A DNA stretch of 64,000 bases. It comes from Candidatus Bathyarchaeota archaeon. Its GTDB lineage: Archaea; Thermoproteota; Bathyarchaeia; Bathyarchaeales; Bathycorpusculaceae. The notes beneath the pieces are model-generated. The model was given only the letters and a program-made list of their open reading frames with translations, was not told the DNA's origin and searched no databases. The stretch covers positions 672,001 through 736,000 of the forward strand of contig CAWFFH010000003.1 of assembly GCA_963815095.1 (NCBI GenBank). Reading direction: 5' to 3'. A program made the position numbers and the translations under genes. Of the stretch, positions 9,597 to 18,172 are shown piece by piece (the first letter of the stretch is position 1; each line of letters opens with the position of its first letter).

Positions 9597-10943
9597 ATGG
9601 CACTAGACAAGTTAGGTTCTTCTCTAACCGACGCCATAAGGAAACTTTTCAAAGCGGGCGCAGTCGACGAAGCCGCAGTGAAGGAACTGGTCCGCGACAT
9701 TCAGCGCGCCCTACTTCAATCAGATGTTAACGTCCAACTAGTCTTGGAAATCTCCAAACGCATTGAAGAACGTGCGTTAAAAGAAAAAGTGCCTCCGGGA
9801 GTTTCAAGACGTGAACACGTCATAAAAGTGGTCTATGAAGAACTAACCAGATTCGTGGGCGACAAACCAGTACCACTCAAAGTTGAGCCAGGCAAAAAGA
9901 AAATCATTATGCTCGTCGGGATCCAAGGCTCAGGGAAAACAACCCATGCCGCTAAACTGGCACGGTACTTCCAGAAAAGAGGCTTGAAGGTAGGTTTGAT
10001 TTGCGCGGATACTTTTCGTCCAGGCGCATATAACCAGCTTCAGCAATTGGCAACCAGAACAAACACTCCCTTTTTTGGTGACCTTAAAGCGAAAGACCCA
10101 GTAAAGGTTGTCAGAGAAGGTCTAAAACAGTTTGCTGACAAAGATTTGATAATCGTTGACACAGCGGGTCGGCATAAGGAAGAGAAAGATTTAATCAAGG
10201 AAATGAAAGACCTTGAAAAGAACATTCATCCTGACGAGGTCATAATGGTTATTGACGGCACAATAGGCCAGCAAGCTCTAGCCCAAGCCAAAACCTTCCA
10301 TGAAGCAACCCCGATCGGTGCAATCATAGTCACCAAACTCGACGGTTCCTCACGTGGAGGCGGCGCACTATCAGCAGTCGCTGCAACGGGAGCACCCATA
10401 AAGTTCATTGGGACAGGCGAAAAAATCGAAGACCTTGAAGCATTCATTCCTTCACGATTCGTAGGTCGACTCTTAGGCATGGGCGACCTAGAAACATTGT
10501 TGGAAAAAGTTAAAGACGCCGAAATCAAGGTACCTCAAAAGAAAGCCAAAGACATCATGAGCGGCAACTTCACCTTAACAGATATGTATGAACAGTTCCA
10601 AGCGGTTAAAAAAATGGGACCCTTCGGTAAAGTGCTAAAGATGATCCCGGGGATGTCTTCCACTGATGTGCCTGATGAGATGCTAAACACTGCTGAAGGT
10701 CGCTTGGAAAAATGGGGTATCATAATTCAATCTATGACTCCTGCCGAAAAAGAAAATCCTAAACTCCTCAACTCCTCACGGGCAAAACGCATAGCCCGCG
10801 GTTCAGGAACAACCGAAAAAGACGTCAAGGAACTCCTCAAGCAGTATGTAATGATGCGAAAAATGCTGAAGATGTTCAAACACAAAAAGAAGCTACCGTT
10901 CGGTTTAGGTGGTAAAGGCATGGGTTTGCCAGGTATGAAGTAG
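9597..10943 (+). CDS. srp54: Signal recognition particle protein SRP54
   Basis: GIQGSGKTT, DTAGR, TKLD and a Met-rich M domain. Confidence 0.98.
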   Translation: MALDKLGSSLTDAIRKLFKAGAVDEAAVKELVRDIQRALLQSDVNVQLVLEISKRIEERALKEKVPPGVSRREHVIKVVYEELTRFVGDKPVPLKVEPGKKKIIMLVGIQGSGKTTHAAKLARYFQKRGLKVGLICADTFRPGAYNQLQQLATRTNTPFFGDLKAKDPVKVVREGLKQFADKDLIIVDTAGRHKEEKDLIKEMKDLEKNIHPDEVIMVIDGTIGQQALAQAKTFHEATPIGAIIVTKLDGSSRGGGALSAVAATGAPIKFIGTGEKIEDLEAFIPSRFVGRLLGMGDLETLLEKVKDAEIKVPQKKAKDIMSGNFTLTDMYEQFQAVKKMGPFGKVLKMIPGMSSTDVPDEMLNTAEGRLEKWGIIIQSMTPAEKENPKLLNSSRAKRIARGSGTTEKDVKELLKQYVMMRKMLKMFKHKKKLPFGLGGKGMGLPGMK

Positions 10944-10953
10944 GCTAAATTCG

Positions 10954-12291
10954 ATGGATGTTTTAGAAAAAGCTTTTGAACTTCTCAGTAAATACCCGCT
11001 TTGCGACCACTGCTTGGGTAGACAGTTTGCTTTACTTGGTTATAGCATGGAAAACAACCTTCGTGGCAAAGCACTTAAAGTCAGTTTAACCATGCAAGCT
11101 AACGAACTCAACGCAGAAAAAAAACCTGAAGGTATAAAGCGACTTAAGGTTTTGGCGGGTAATGGTTTTTCAAGGGAAGCTCAAGAAACCTTAAAACACC
11201 TAAAGAAACGTCTTCCAAAAGAAGACACCGTTGTCAAATGCAGTCTTTGTGACGGCAAATTTGAGCTCGTTGATAGTTTAACCCAGAAAGCTTTAGAATT
11301 CATTGCAGAGTATGAGTTTACAACATTTCTTGTAGGCATTGAATTACCAACCAAAATTGAGGAGCGAGAAGACGAGTTTAAGGGTGCCGTAAACATTGGC
11401 TATGGCGAAAGCATAAAGCATGAATTCGGTAGATTGCTGGGCAAAGCCTTCGCTAAACAGACTGGCAAAGAAGCAGATTACTTAATCCCTGACATGGTTG
11501 TTGTGTTCAATCCTTTCCTTGAGACTGTTCGGCTTCAAGTTAACCCTCTGTTTGTTGCCGGTAGATACCGCAAGCTGGTCCGCACTATTCCACAGTCGAA
11601 GTGGTTCTGTTCAGACTGCCGCGGCAGGGGCTGCGAGAAATGCGGTGGAACAGGAAAACTTTATCCTGAATCTGTAGAAGAATTGTCTTCTAAACCACTG
11701 CTTGAAGCAACTTTAGGAGAAGAGGCGTTTTTGCATGCCTCAGGGCGAGAGGATATCGATGCACGGATGCTCGGGAGCGGTAGACCCTTTGTGATTGAGG
11801 TCTCAAAGCCCAAGAAACGGTTCGTTGATTTGAAACAGATAGAAACCCTAGTGAACGAAGGCGCAATCGGGAAAGTTGAGGTTTCGGATTTGCATTTCAC
11901 AACAAAAGAAGTCGTTAGACGCCTCAAGAAGGGTGAGGGAGCCCAGAAAGAATATCAATTGTTAGCTGAGTTTGAGAATGAATTATCAGACCAAGATTTA
12001 CGGACCATTGAAGAGAAGTTTTCTGGCATTTGTATTAAACAGCAGACGCCTATTCGTGTTTTGCATCGAAGGGCAGATTTAATCCGAGAAAAGTACATAT
12101 ATCAGGTTAAAGTTAAGAAGGTGTCGCTTAAGAGGGCTCTGCTGGAAATTCGTTGCCAAGGTGGGCTCTACGTTAAAGAATTGGTGTCTGGAGATGAAGG
12201 AAGAACAGTACCGAACGTGTCGGATTTGCTCAACAACAGAGCTAAGACGCTTAAGCTTGATGTTCTGAATGTAATAATGGATGATAATTAA
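10954..12291 (+). CDS. pus10: tRNA pseudouridine(54/55) synthase Pus10
   Basis: CDHCLGR, HASGREDIDARMLG and GGLYVKELVSGD. Confidence 0.96.
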   Translation: MDVLEKAFELLSKYPLCDHCLGRQFALLGYSMENNLRGKALKVSLTMQANELNAEKKPEGIKRLKVLAGNGFSREAQETLKHLKKRLPKEDTVVKCSLCDGKFELVDSLTQKALEFIAEYEFTTFLVGIELPTKIEEREDEFKGAVNIGYGESIKHEFGRLLGKAFAKQTGKEADYLIPDMVVVFNPFLETVRLQVNPLFVAGRYRKLVRTIPQSKWFCSDCRGRGCEKCGGTGKLYPESVEELSSKPLLEATLGEEAFLHASGREDIDARMLGSGRPFVIEVSKPKKRFVDLKQIETLVNEGAIGKVEVSDLHFTTKEVVRRLKKGEGAQKEYQLLAEFENELSDQDLRTIEEKFSGICIKQQTPIRVLHRRADLIREKYIYQVKVKKVSLKRALLEIRCQGGLYVKELVSGDEGRTVPNVSDLLNNRAKTLKLDVLNVIMDDN

Positions 12292-12304
12292 AGGTGAAAA
12301 TTGG

Positions 12305-12601
12305 ATGAGAGGCTCAAAAGGTTACTACACTGGAACTCGCAGTCTATTGCGTAAACCAACTCGTGCAAAAGGTAAACCACATATAGGCAAAATCCTTGAA
12401 GATTACACTCCTGGTTCCCAAGTAATCATAAAGATGGATTCTAGCACCCAGAAGAGTATGCCCCACAAACGTTTCCATGGCAAAATTGGTGTCATAGTTG
12501 AAAAAAGAGGTCGAGGATACGTCGTGAGTGTTCCACAGGGCAATGCAATTAAAGAAATCATTACTCGCCCCGAACATCTAGAGCCATACACGGGTAAGTG
12601 A
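12305..12601 (+). CDS. rpl21e: 50S ribosomal protein L21e
   Basis: SKGY...MPHKRFHGKIG...RPEHL. Start moved to the ATG at 12305. Confidence 0.95.
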   Translation: MRGSKGYYTGTRSLLRKPTRAKGKPHIGKILEDYTPGSQVIIKMDSSTQKSMPHKRFHGKIGVIVEKRGRGYVVSVPQGNAIKEIITRPEHLEPYTGK

Positions 12602-12608
12602 GATAAAC

Positions 12609-12947
12609 ATGAGCAAGAGAGAAGTCAGCGAAAGCCGCTTAACCCTACCGCAAGTTAAGAAGGTTCTGGAAACCATTGGCGAAGAAAACCTTGATCAATT
12701 TCAACGCCGAACACTCGATTACGTGAGCAAATTCTCCAAATGTGATCCAGATAAAGCCGAAGAACTCTTGCAAACGCTTCTCAAAGAATACGAACTTGAC
12801 GAGGCTGAAGCCGTTCAAATTATCAATTGTATGCCAGAAACTGTTGACGAGTTAAGGGTGTTCCTAGCTGGCGGACGCAAAATCATAGAAACCTCGAAAC
12901 TGCATACAATTGTTGAGCTTTTGAACGAGAACCGAACGTTGAAGTAG
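12609..12947 (+). CDS. rpoF: RNA polymerase subunit Rpo4 (RpoF)
   Basis: EAVQIINCMPETVDELR HRDC-like motif. Conserved L21e-RpoF-DUF655-KsgA order. Confidence 0.9.
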   Translation: MSKREVSESRLTLPQVKKVLETIGEENLDQFQRRTLDYVSKFSKCDPDKAEELLQTLLKEYELDEAEAVQIINCMPETVDELRVFLAGGRKIIETSKLHTIVELLNENRTLK

Positions 12948-13005
12948 CGGGAAGCGACTAAGTATTTTTAAGCATTAAGCGAGAATAGTCTAGCGGACGG
13001 ACCTA

Positions 13006-13581
13006 GTGACTGTTATGGAAAAGCGTTATGAAGAGCATGCTTACGTGTTAGATTTCCTTCAGCACGGCAAGCCAGGATTTCGCCCAACTGGTCGGGCAGG
13101 TTACCGAGCGGGAGCCTTAATTCAATGTGTCGGCGAAGAATTCTTTACTCTTTTAGAAGCTTTAGTGAAGGAAGAGTTGGTTCTCAAGCCTGGCGACCGT
13201 GTATATGTGGGAAAAGATTCTCGTGAAGAAGTCACCTACATTATTGGCCGAATCGGCTATGAGGAATTAACTGCCTCAGCCAAGGCAGAGCTTCCAAGCG
13301 TTATCAGTAAAATAGTGGCAAACCGAGAAAAATGGTTTGTTAACTTTTTCAACAATGCTCGAGCGATTACTCCTCGAATGCATGCCTTAGAGCTAGTTCC
13401 AGGTATCGGTAAAAAATACATGTGGCAAGTCATCAATGACCGAGAGCGTAAGCCTTTTGAAAGTTTTGAAGATTTGCAGAAACGGACTGAATTGCCGAAC
13501 CCAGTGAAGTTGATTACCAAGCGGGTCATGGAAGAGCTTGAGGGTGACAGCAAGTACCGATTATTTACGCGAGCGCAGTAA
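13006..13581 (+). CDS. DUF655 putative RNA-binding protein
   Basis: EEHAYVLDFL, FTLLE and RMHALELVPGIGKK (HhH). Confidence 0.92.
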   Translation: MTVMEKRYEEHAYVLDFLQHGKPGFRPTGRAGYRAGALIQCVGEEFFTLLEALVKEELVLKPGDRVYVGKDSREEVTYIIGRIGYEELTASAKAELPSVISKIVANREKWFVNFFNNARAITPRMHALELVPGIGKKYMWQVINDRERKPFESFEDLQKRTELPNPVKLITKRVMEELEGDSKYRLFTRAQ

Positions 13582-13590
13582 GGCATAGCG

Positions 13591-14409
13591 ATGAATCTTG
13601 AGGAAACGAAGCAGCTGCTTCGAACCCATCAAATTTTCCCGAACAAACTTTTGGGACAGAACTTCATGGTCGAGAAGTCGCTCTATTCTAAGCTTTCCAA
13701 TTATGCAGCGGTTGACAAAGCGGATGTAGTGTTGGATGCTGGCGCAGGCTTCGGTTGGTTAACCTGTTTCTTGGCTGACAAATGCAAAAGTGTTATCGCT
13801 GTTGAGAAAGATCGGCAAGTTGCGATGGTGCTTCGTGAACAAGTTAAAAACTTGGGCAATGTTACGGTGATTGAAGGCGATGTTTTGAAGGTTGAGTTGC
13901 CTGAATTCAACAAAGTAATAGCAATTCCCCCATATTATTTGTCTTCTCATCTGGTAACGTGGCTTCTTACATGCAAGATTGATTGTGAAGTTTTGATTCT
14001 GCAGAAGGAATTCGCTGAACGCCTCGTTTCGCCTGTAGGCAGTGAAATGTATGGTTGGTTAACAGTTGTCACTAATCAGTCTGCTGAAGCGGAACTCTTG
14101 GATAATGTTCCCAAAGACATGTTTTATCCCCAACCCGAAGTGGATTCAGTTATCCTTCGTATAAAACCATTGAGTATCAAACCGTTTGAAATCAAGGATG
14201 CTGCTTTTTTTGTGCGAATGATGAAATGGCTCTTTACTCAACGCAACAAAAAGTTAGGAAAAGCACTTACCCCATTCATCCGAGACAATTTCAAGTTAAG
14301 CAAGAAGGATGCAGAGACATTAGCTCTTGGCCTGCCATTCCACAATAGGCGCGTCAGAGAGTTGTCCCCTAAAGATTTTGGAGCCTTAGCAAATGCCTTG
14401 CCCAACTAA
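13591..14409 (+). CDS. rsmA: 16S rRNA adenine dimethyltransferase KsgA/Dim1 (non-canonical motif IV)
   Basis: LGQNF, LQKEFAERL and FYPQPEVDS, plus synteny. Motif IV reads AIPPY. Confidence 0.9.
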   Translation: MNLEETKQLLRTHQIFPNKLLGQNFMVEKSLYSKLSNYAAVDKADVVLDAGAGFGWLTCFLADKCKSVIAVEKDRQVAMVLREQVKNLGNVTVIEGDVLKVELPEFNKVIAIPPYYLSSHLVTWLLTCKIDCEVLILQKEFAERLVSPVGSEMYGWLTVVTNQSAEAELLDNVPKDMFYPQPEVDSVILRIKPLSIKPFEIKDAAFFVRMMKWLFTQRNKKLGKALTPFIRDNFKLSKKDAETLALGLPFHNRRVRELSPKDFGALANALPN

Positions 14410-15013
14410 GAGAACACATTTTGGCGACTACGTTTTTGATGTGTTTGAAGATGTGTATGAGCCTGCAGAGGACTCATCTCTTTTCGCCGAAAACATCGAC
14501 GTAACTGAAGGCGAGCTGGTTTTAGACGTTGGCACAGGCTGCGGATTACTTGGCATATTAGCTGCTAAGAAAGCTGGGTGTGTAGTGGCGGTTGACTTAA
14601 ACCCATATGCCATTCGATGCGCAAAGCAGAATTCAGCAATTAACGGAACGCAGGGGAAAATCGATTTTGTTCAAGCAAGCCTTTTTGCAGCTCTAAAAAC
14701 AAACGTAAGATTCGACTTAATTTTATTCAACGCACCCTACTTGCCCTCAGGTGAGGACGAGGTATCGTCTTGGATTGGGCGCGCTTGGGCAGGAGGCGCC
14801 AATGGACGGGAAGTGGTTGACCGATTTATCTCCGAAGTTGCAGCACATTTGAAGCCGAACGGCAGAGTTCTGCTAATGCAATCAACGCTCACAGGTGTAA
14901 AAGAAACTATCCAAAAGTATAGCGAGCACAAACTGACAGCGAAAGTAAAAGCAGAACTTAAGTTGCCCTTCTTTGAAACCTTAACCCTTATAGAAGCCCA
15001 AGCTGACGAGTAG
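14393..15013 (+). CDS. HemK2/Mtq2-family protein-glutamine methyltransferase
   Basis: VYEPAEDS, VLDVGTGCG, FNAPYLP and WAGGANGR. Confidence 0.9.
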   Translation: MPCPTKRTHFGDYVFDVFEDVYEPAEDSSLFAENIDVTEGELVLDVGTGCGLLGILAAKKAGCVVAVDLNPYAIRCAKQNSAINGTQGKIDFVQASLFAALKTNVRFDLILFNAPYLPSGEDEVSSWIGRAWAGGANGREVVDRFISEVAAHLKPNGRVLLMQSTLTGVKETIQKYSEHKLTAKVKAELKLPFFETLTLIEAQADE

Positions 15014-15061
15014 AAGAAACAATTTAAAGCCAGAAACTAACTCAATAGTAATGGTGAAAGT

Positions 15062-15391
15062 ATGACGATTTGGTTCTATGTGAAAACAAGTGAGGACCCA
15101 AAAGCCGTTGGGGACGTTGTTTGTGCTTTTAACTTCATGCAGGGACAGCATCCTGAGGATAAATATTCTTGGATTATTGAGCCTGGACGTGATGAACCGG
15201 GTTACTGGGAAATCAAGGGCAAATACGCCGCTCTAAAAGATGTCACTATCATTTGTATAGTTTACAGAATTGGCGATACCGTGGCCTTTGCAGAAATTGA
15301 CGATGACTTATCTCCGAACTTCATCGATCCACTGGTAACGAAGTATGGGTTTGATAACGTTAAGTGGTTTGTTCTTCCCTCAAAAAAATAG
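15062..15391 (+). CDS. Hypothetical protein
   Basis: 109-aa ORF with plausible composition and an upstream GGTGA SD-like site. No family recognised. Confidence 0.7.
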   Translation: MTIWFYVKTSEDPKAVGDVVCAFNFMQGQHPEDKYSWIIEPGRDEPGYWEIKGKYAALKDVTIICIVYRIGDTVAFAEIDDDLSPNFIDPLVTKYGFDNVKWFVLPSKK

Positions 15392-15586
15392 TCAAAGACT
15401 CTCTTGTTCAGAGAGCATCCTTCTTTTCTCTTCAAAGCCCTAATTTTCGATATGCTAATGGCCGCTGAAAAAAACAATACCGACTTACCCCTCTTAGGTT
15501 TCTGCTTCGAGTTTCTAATAGGCTACTTATATTTTGGATATCGGATTTGAAATAACTCAAAAATTAAGAATATATGATAAGAATGG

Positions 15587-16081
15587 CTACTGTTTGTCGT
15601 ATTTTTCGAATTCATTATTCACTATTGTAAGCTCTATTTCAGCTTGCTTAAACATTTTAAGAGTATCTGCGTCAGCATGATATCGCTTTTCGCAGACGAC
15701 ACGTTTGATTCCAGCATTAATAATCATCATTGCGCAGGTTCGGCAAGGAGTCATCTTGCAAAAGAGGGTCGCACCTTCAAGTGGTATGCCAAACCGAGCA
15801 GCCTGAAGGATCGCGTTCTGTTCCGCATGCAGTGTACGTACGCAATGTTGAGTGACTTCGCCGTTACCGTTTGTGACTTGGCGCATATCATGGCCTGCTT
15901 CGTCGCAGTGAGGCAACCCTGCAGGTGCGCCAACGTATCCTGTGGTCATTATGCGTTTGTCTTTTACGATGACCGCGCCGCATTTTCCCCGGTCACAGGT
16001 TGCTCGTGCAGCCACGGCTTCGCAGAGGTCCAAAAAATATCTATCCCAATTAGGTCTTGAATTGTTAATTGGAGTTACCAT
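15587..16081 (-). CDS. dCMP deaminase (ComEB-like)
   Basis: RPNWDRYF, HAEQNA and PCRTC zinc-deaminase motifs. Confidence 0.92.
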   Translation of the reverse strand: MVTPINNSRPNWDRYFLDLCEAVAARATCDRGKCGAVIVKDKRIMTTGYVGAPAGLPHCDEAGHDMRQVTNGNGEVTQHCVRTLHAEQNAILQAARFGIPLEGATLFCKMTPCRTCAMMIINAGIKRVVCEKRYHADADTLKMFKQAEIELTIVNNEFEKYDKQ

Positions 16082-16148
16082 TTTCTAGCCTCAGTTTAAG
16101 AAACATAGTTCACAAAACAAATTAATAAATTGTATCAGCAAAGAAACT

Positions 16149-17447
16149 TTATTTTTCCACAATGTGGATTTCTCGGCCAATCATGTGGCGTTCATCCATT
16201 TCAATCAAGGAAGACGTGTTAATTAATCGTTCAAGTCCACCTGCGCTTTGCGAGAACACTTCTTTCGAAAATGTATAAACTCTCTTGAAACCTAAATCAT
16301 CAAGTTTCTGGGTGATTGGCATCGTTACTGCTTGCCCTGAACGCGCTTTAATATATGGTGTAACCACAACCAATCTTCCACTTGGTTTTAGCGTTCCATA
16401 GGCTTGTTCGACAAAACCGAAATACAGCGGTTCTAGTTTTTGAATTATCTTTTCTGCGTATGGAGTAGTTGGCACTTGTCTTAGGGCTGGACCTAAATCT
16501 GGCTCACAAACAATGCAGTCCACCGTTTCCTGCCCAATCTTCTCCACTAACTTGCCTACATCTCCCTGCAGAACCCGAAAATCCGCATTCTCCAATCCAT
16601 ACTCTCTTTCTAACCACTCAAGATTTTCGCTTGCAGCTTTTACACACCAAGGATTAACATCCAAGCCAACCGCATTTGCCTTTTCCAACAACGCTTCCTG
16701 AAGAATTGTTCCGACACCGCAGAATGGGTCAAGTAAAGTTTTTCCAGATGTGCATGAGGATAAGTTAACCATTATTCTTGCCAATCTTGGAGGCATGCCA
16801 AAGATTTTTCTTTGATTCGGTTTGTAGATGTCTCTTTTCTGAAATTCAAAAGGGTTGTGAACAGCAACTGTAGTTGCAACCCAGGTTTCAGTTCTGCCAA
16901 TGCAGAATAATACCTCGGCTTTATTTTCAACCAAATTCTTCTTCAACACTTCGACATGGCTTAGCTGTGCTTGTTTTCTATCTTTGCCAAACCCCATGAA
17001 CTTCGCTTTTTTGTCCAGGCCAGCCAGCTCTTCCTTGACGGCGCTTCCCACGAACCGTTGAATACCACCCGACGACGACCGCAGAGTACTTTCAGTGCAA
17101 TAAACGCTAACACCAAACAGAGCCTTCTCCGACAGTTTTGCCATCCCTTCAACTAAACGTCCCGAAGCCAAAGTCTCTATTATTTCCGATTTGGTTTGTT
17201 TGTTTTTCTTGAGGAAAGCTTCCTTGACGGTTTCAGTGGGAAACTTGGATTTTACTTCACCAATTTTTATGGTTCCACCCAAATCCGCGATCGCAGACGC
17301 ATCGAAGTTTTTCTCAAAGGATAGGACGAAGAATTCTCCAGAAAAGAATTGGATTTCAAACTTAATTTCTCTAGCTTTAAAATACTCGGTCAGCTCCGCT
17401 AATGAGAGCATCCAGTTTTTTCCTGAAATAAACAACTGTGTTGGCAT
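16149..17447 (-). CDS. THUMP/SAM-dependent tRNA guanine-N2 methyltransferase (Trm11/TrmG10-like)
   Basis: MPPRLARIMVNL, LLDPFCGVGTILQEA and EPDLG. Confidence 0.8.
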   Translation of the reverse strand: MPTQLFISGKNWMLSLAELTEYFKAREIKFEIQFFSGEFFVLSFEKNFDASAIADLGGTIKIGEVKSKFPTETVKEAFLKKNKQTKSEIIETLASGRLVEGMAKLSEKALFGVSVYCTESTLRSSSGGIQRFVGSAVKEELAGLDKKAKFMGFGKDRKQAQLSHVEVLKKNLVENKAEVLFCIGRTETWVATTVAVHNPFEFQKRDIYKPNQRKIFGMPPRLARIMVNLSSCTSGKTLLDPFCGVGTILQEALLEKANAVGLDVNPWCVKAASENLEWLEREYGLENADFRVLQGDVGKLVEKIGQETVDCIVCEPDLGPALRQVPTTPYAEKIIQKLEPLYFGFVEQAYGTLKPSGRLVVVTPYIKARSGQAVTMPITQKLDDLGFKRVYTFSKEVFSQSAGGLERLINTSSLIEMDERHMIGREIHIVEK

Positions 17448-17614
17448 TCTGAAAAATCAAAAGTAAACTAACTATATAAGTAGATGACCGCCAATTGCTA
17501 AAATAGTGCATTGTAAGTAAATAACGCGAAGTTGGAAAAACCACGGAAGTATCATCGTAGATTTACAAATCGTTTAAATATTGCTGGAATGTGTAGGTTA
17601 AAAAGGGACGTCGT

Positions 17615-18172
17615 ATGCACGCAAAAAATTATAGGCACGTGAAAAATCGAGCCTACACACGAAAGAAGTACGCTAGAGGTTTTCCACCACCAAAAATCGT
17701 AAAGTTCACTATGGGCGATACTAAGGGAAGCTTTGCACTCGAAGGCAGACTTGTCGCTTTAGAGCGAGCTCAAATACGCCACAGTGCCTTAGAAGCAGCG
17801 CGTGTTGCTTGCAACCGTATCCTGATCGATAAAACCATAAACGACTATTTAATGGTCGTTAACCTGTATCCTCACATTATCCTCAGAGAAAACAAAATGA
17901 TCTTCGGCGCTCACGCTGACCGACTCCAACAGGGAATGAGACGTTCCTTCGGAACAGCAGTCGGCACTGCAGCCAAAGTAGAGGTAGACCAAACCATCAT
18001 AACCGTCAAAGTTAAAGCCGGTCAAGAAGTAACTGCTAAAGAAGCCCTTAAAAGAGGAAGCGCAAAACTTCCAATACCTTGCAAAATAGTTATCTCCAAA
18101 ATTGAAGCTTCTCCATCTATAGCCGAAACGGCAGAATCCGAAGCGCCAGAAGCGGAGACGGAGACGACTTGA
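17615..18172 (+). CDS. rpl10e: 50S ribosomal protein L10e (uL16)
   Basis: QIRHSALEAAR, RENKM...ADRLQQGMRRSFG. Confidence 0.96.
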   Translation: MHAKNYRHVKNRAYTRKKYARGFPPPKIVKFTMGDTKGSFALEGRLVALERAQIRHSALEAARVACNRILIDKTINDYLMVVNLYPHIILRENKMIFGAHADRLQQGMRRSFGTAVGTAAKVEVDQTIITVKVKAGQEVTAKEALKRGSAKLPIPCKIVISKIEASPSIAETAESEAPEAETETT

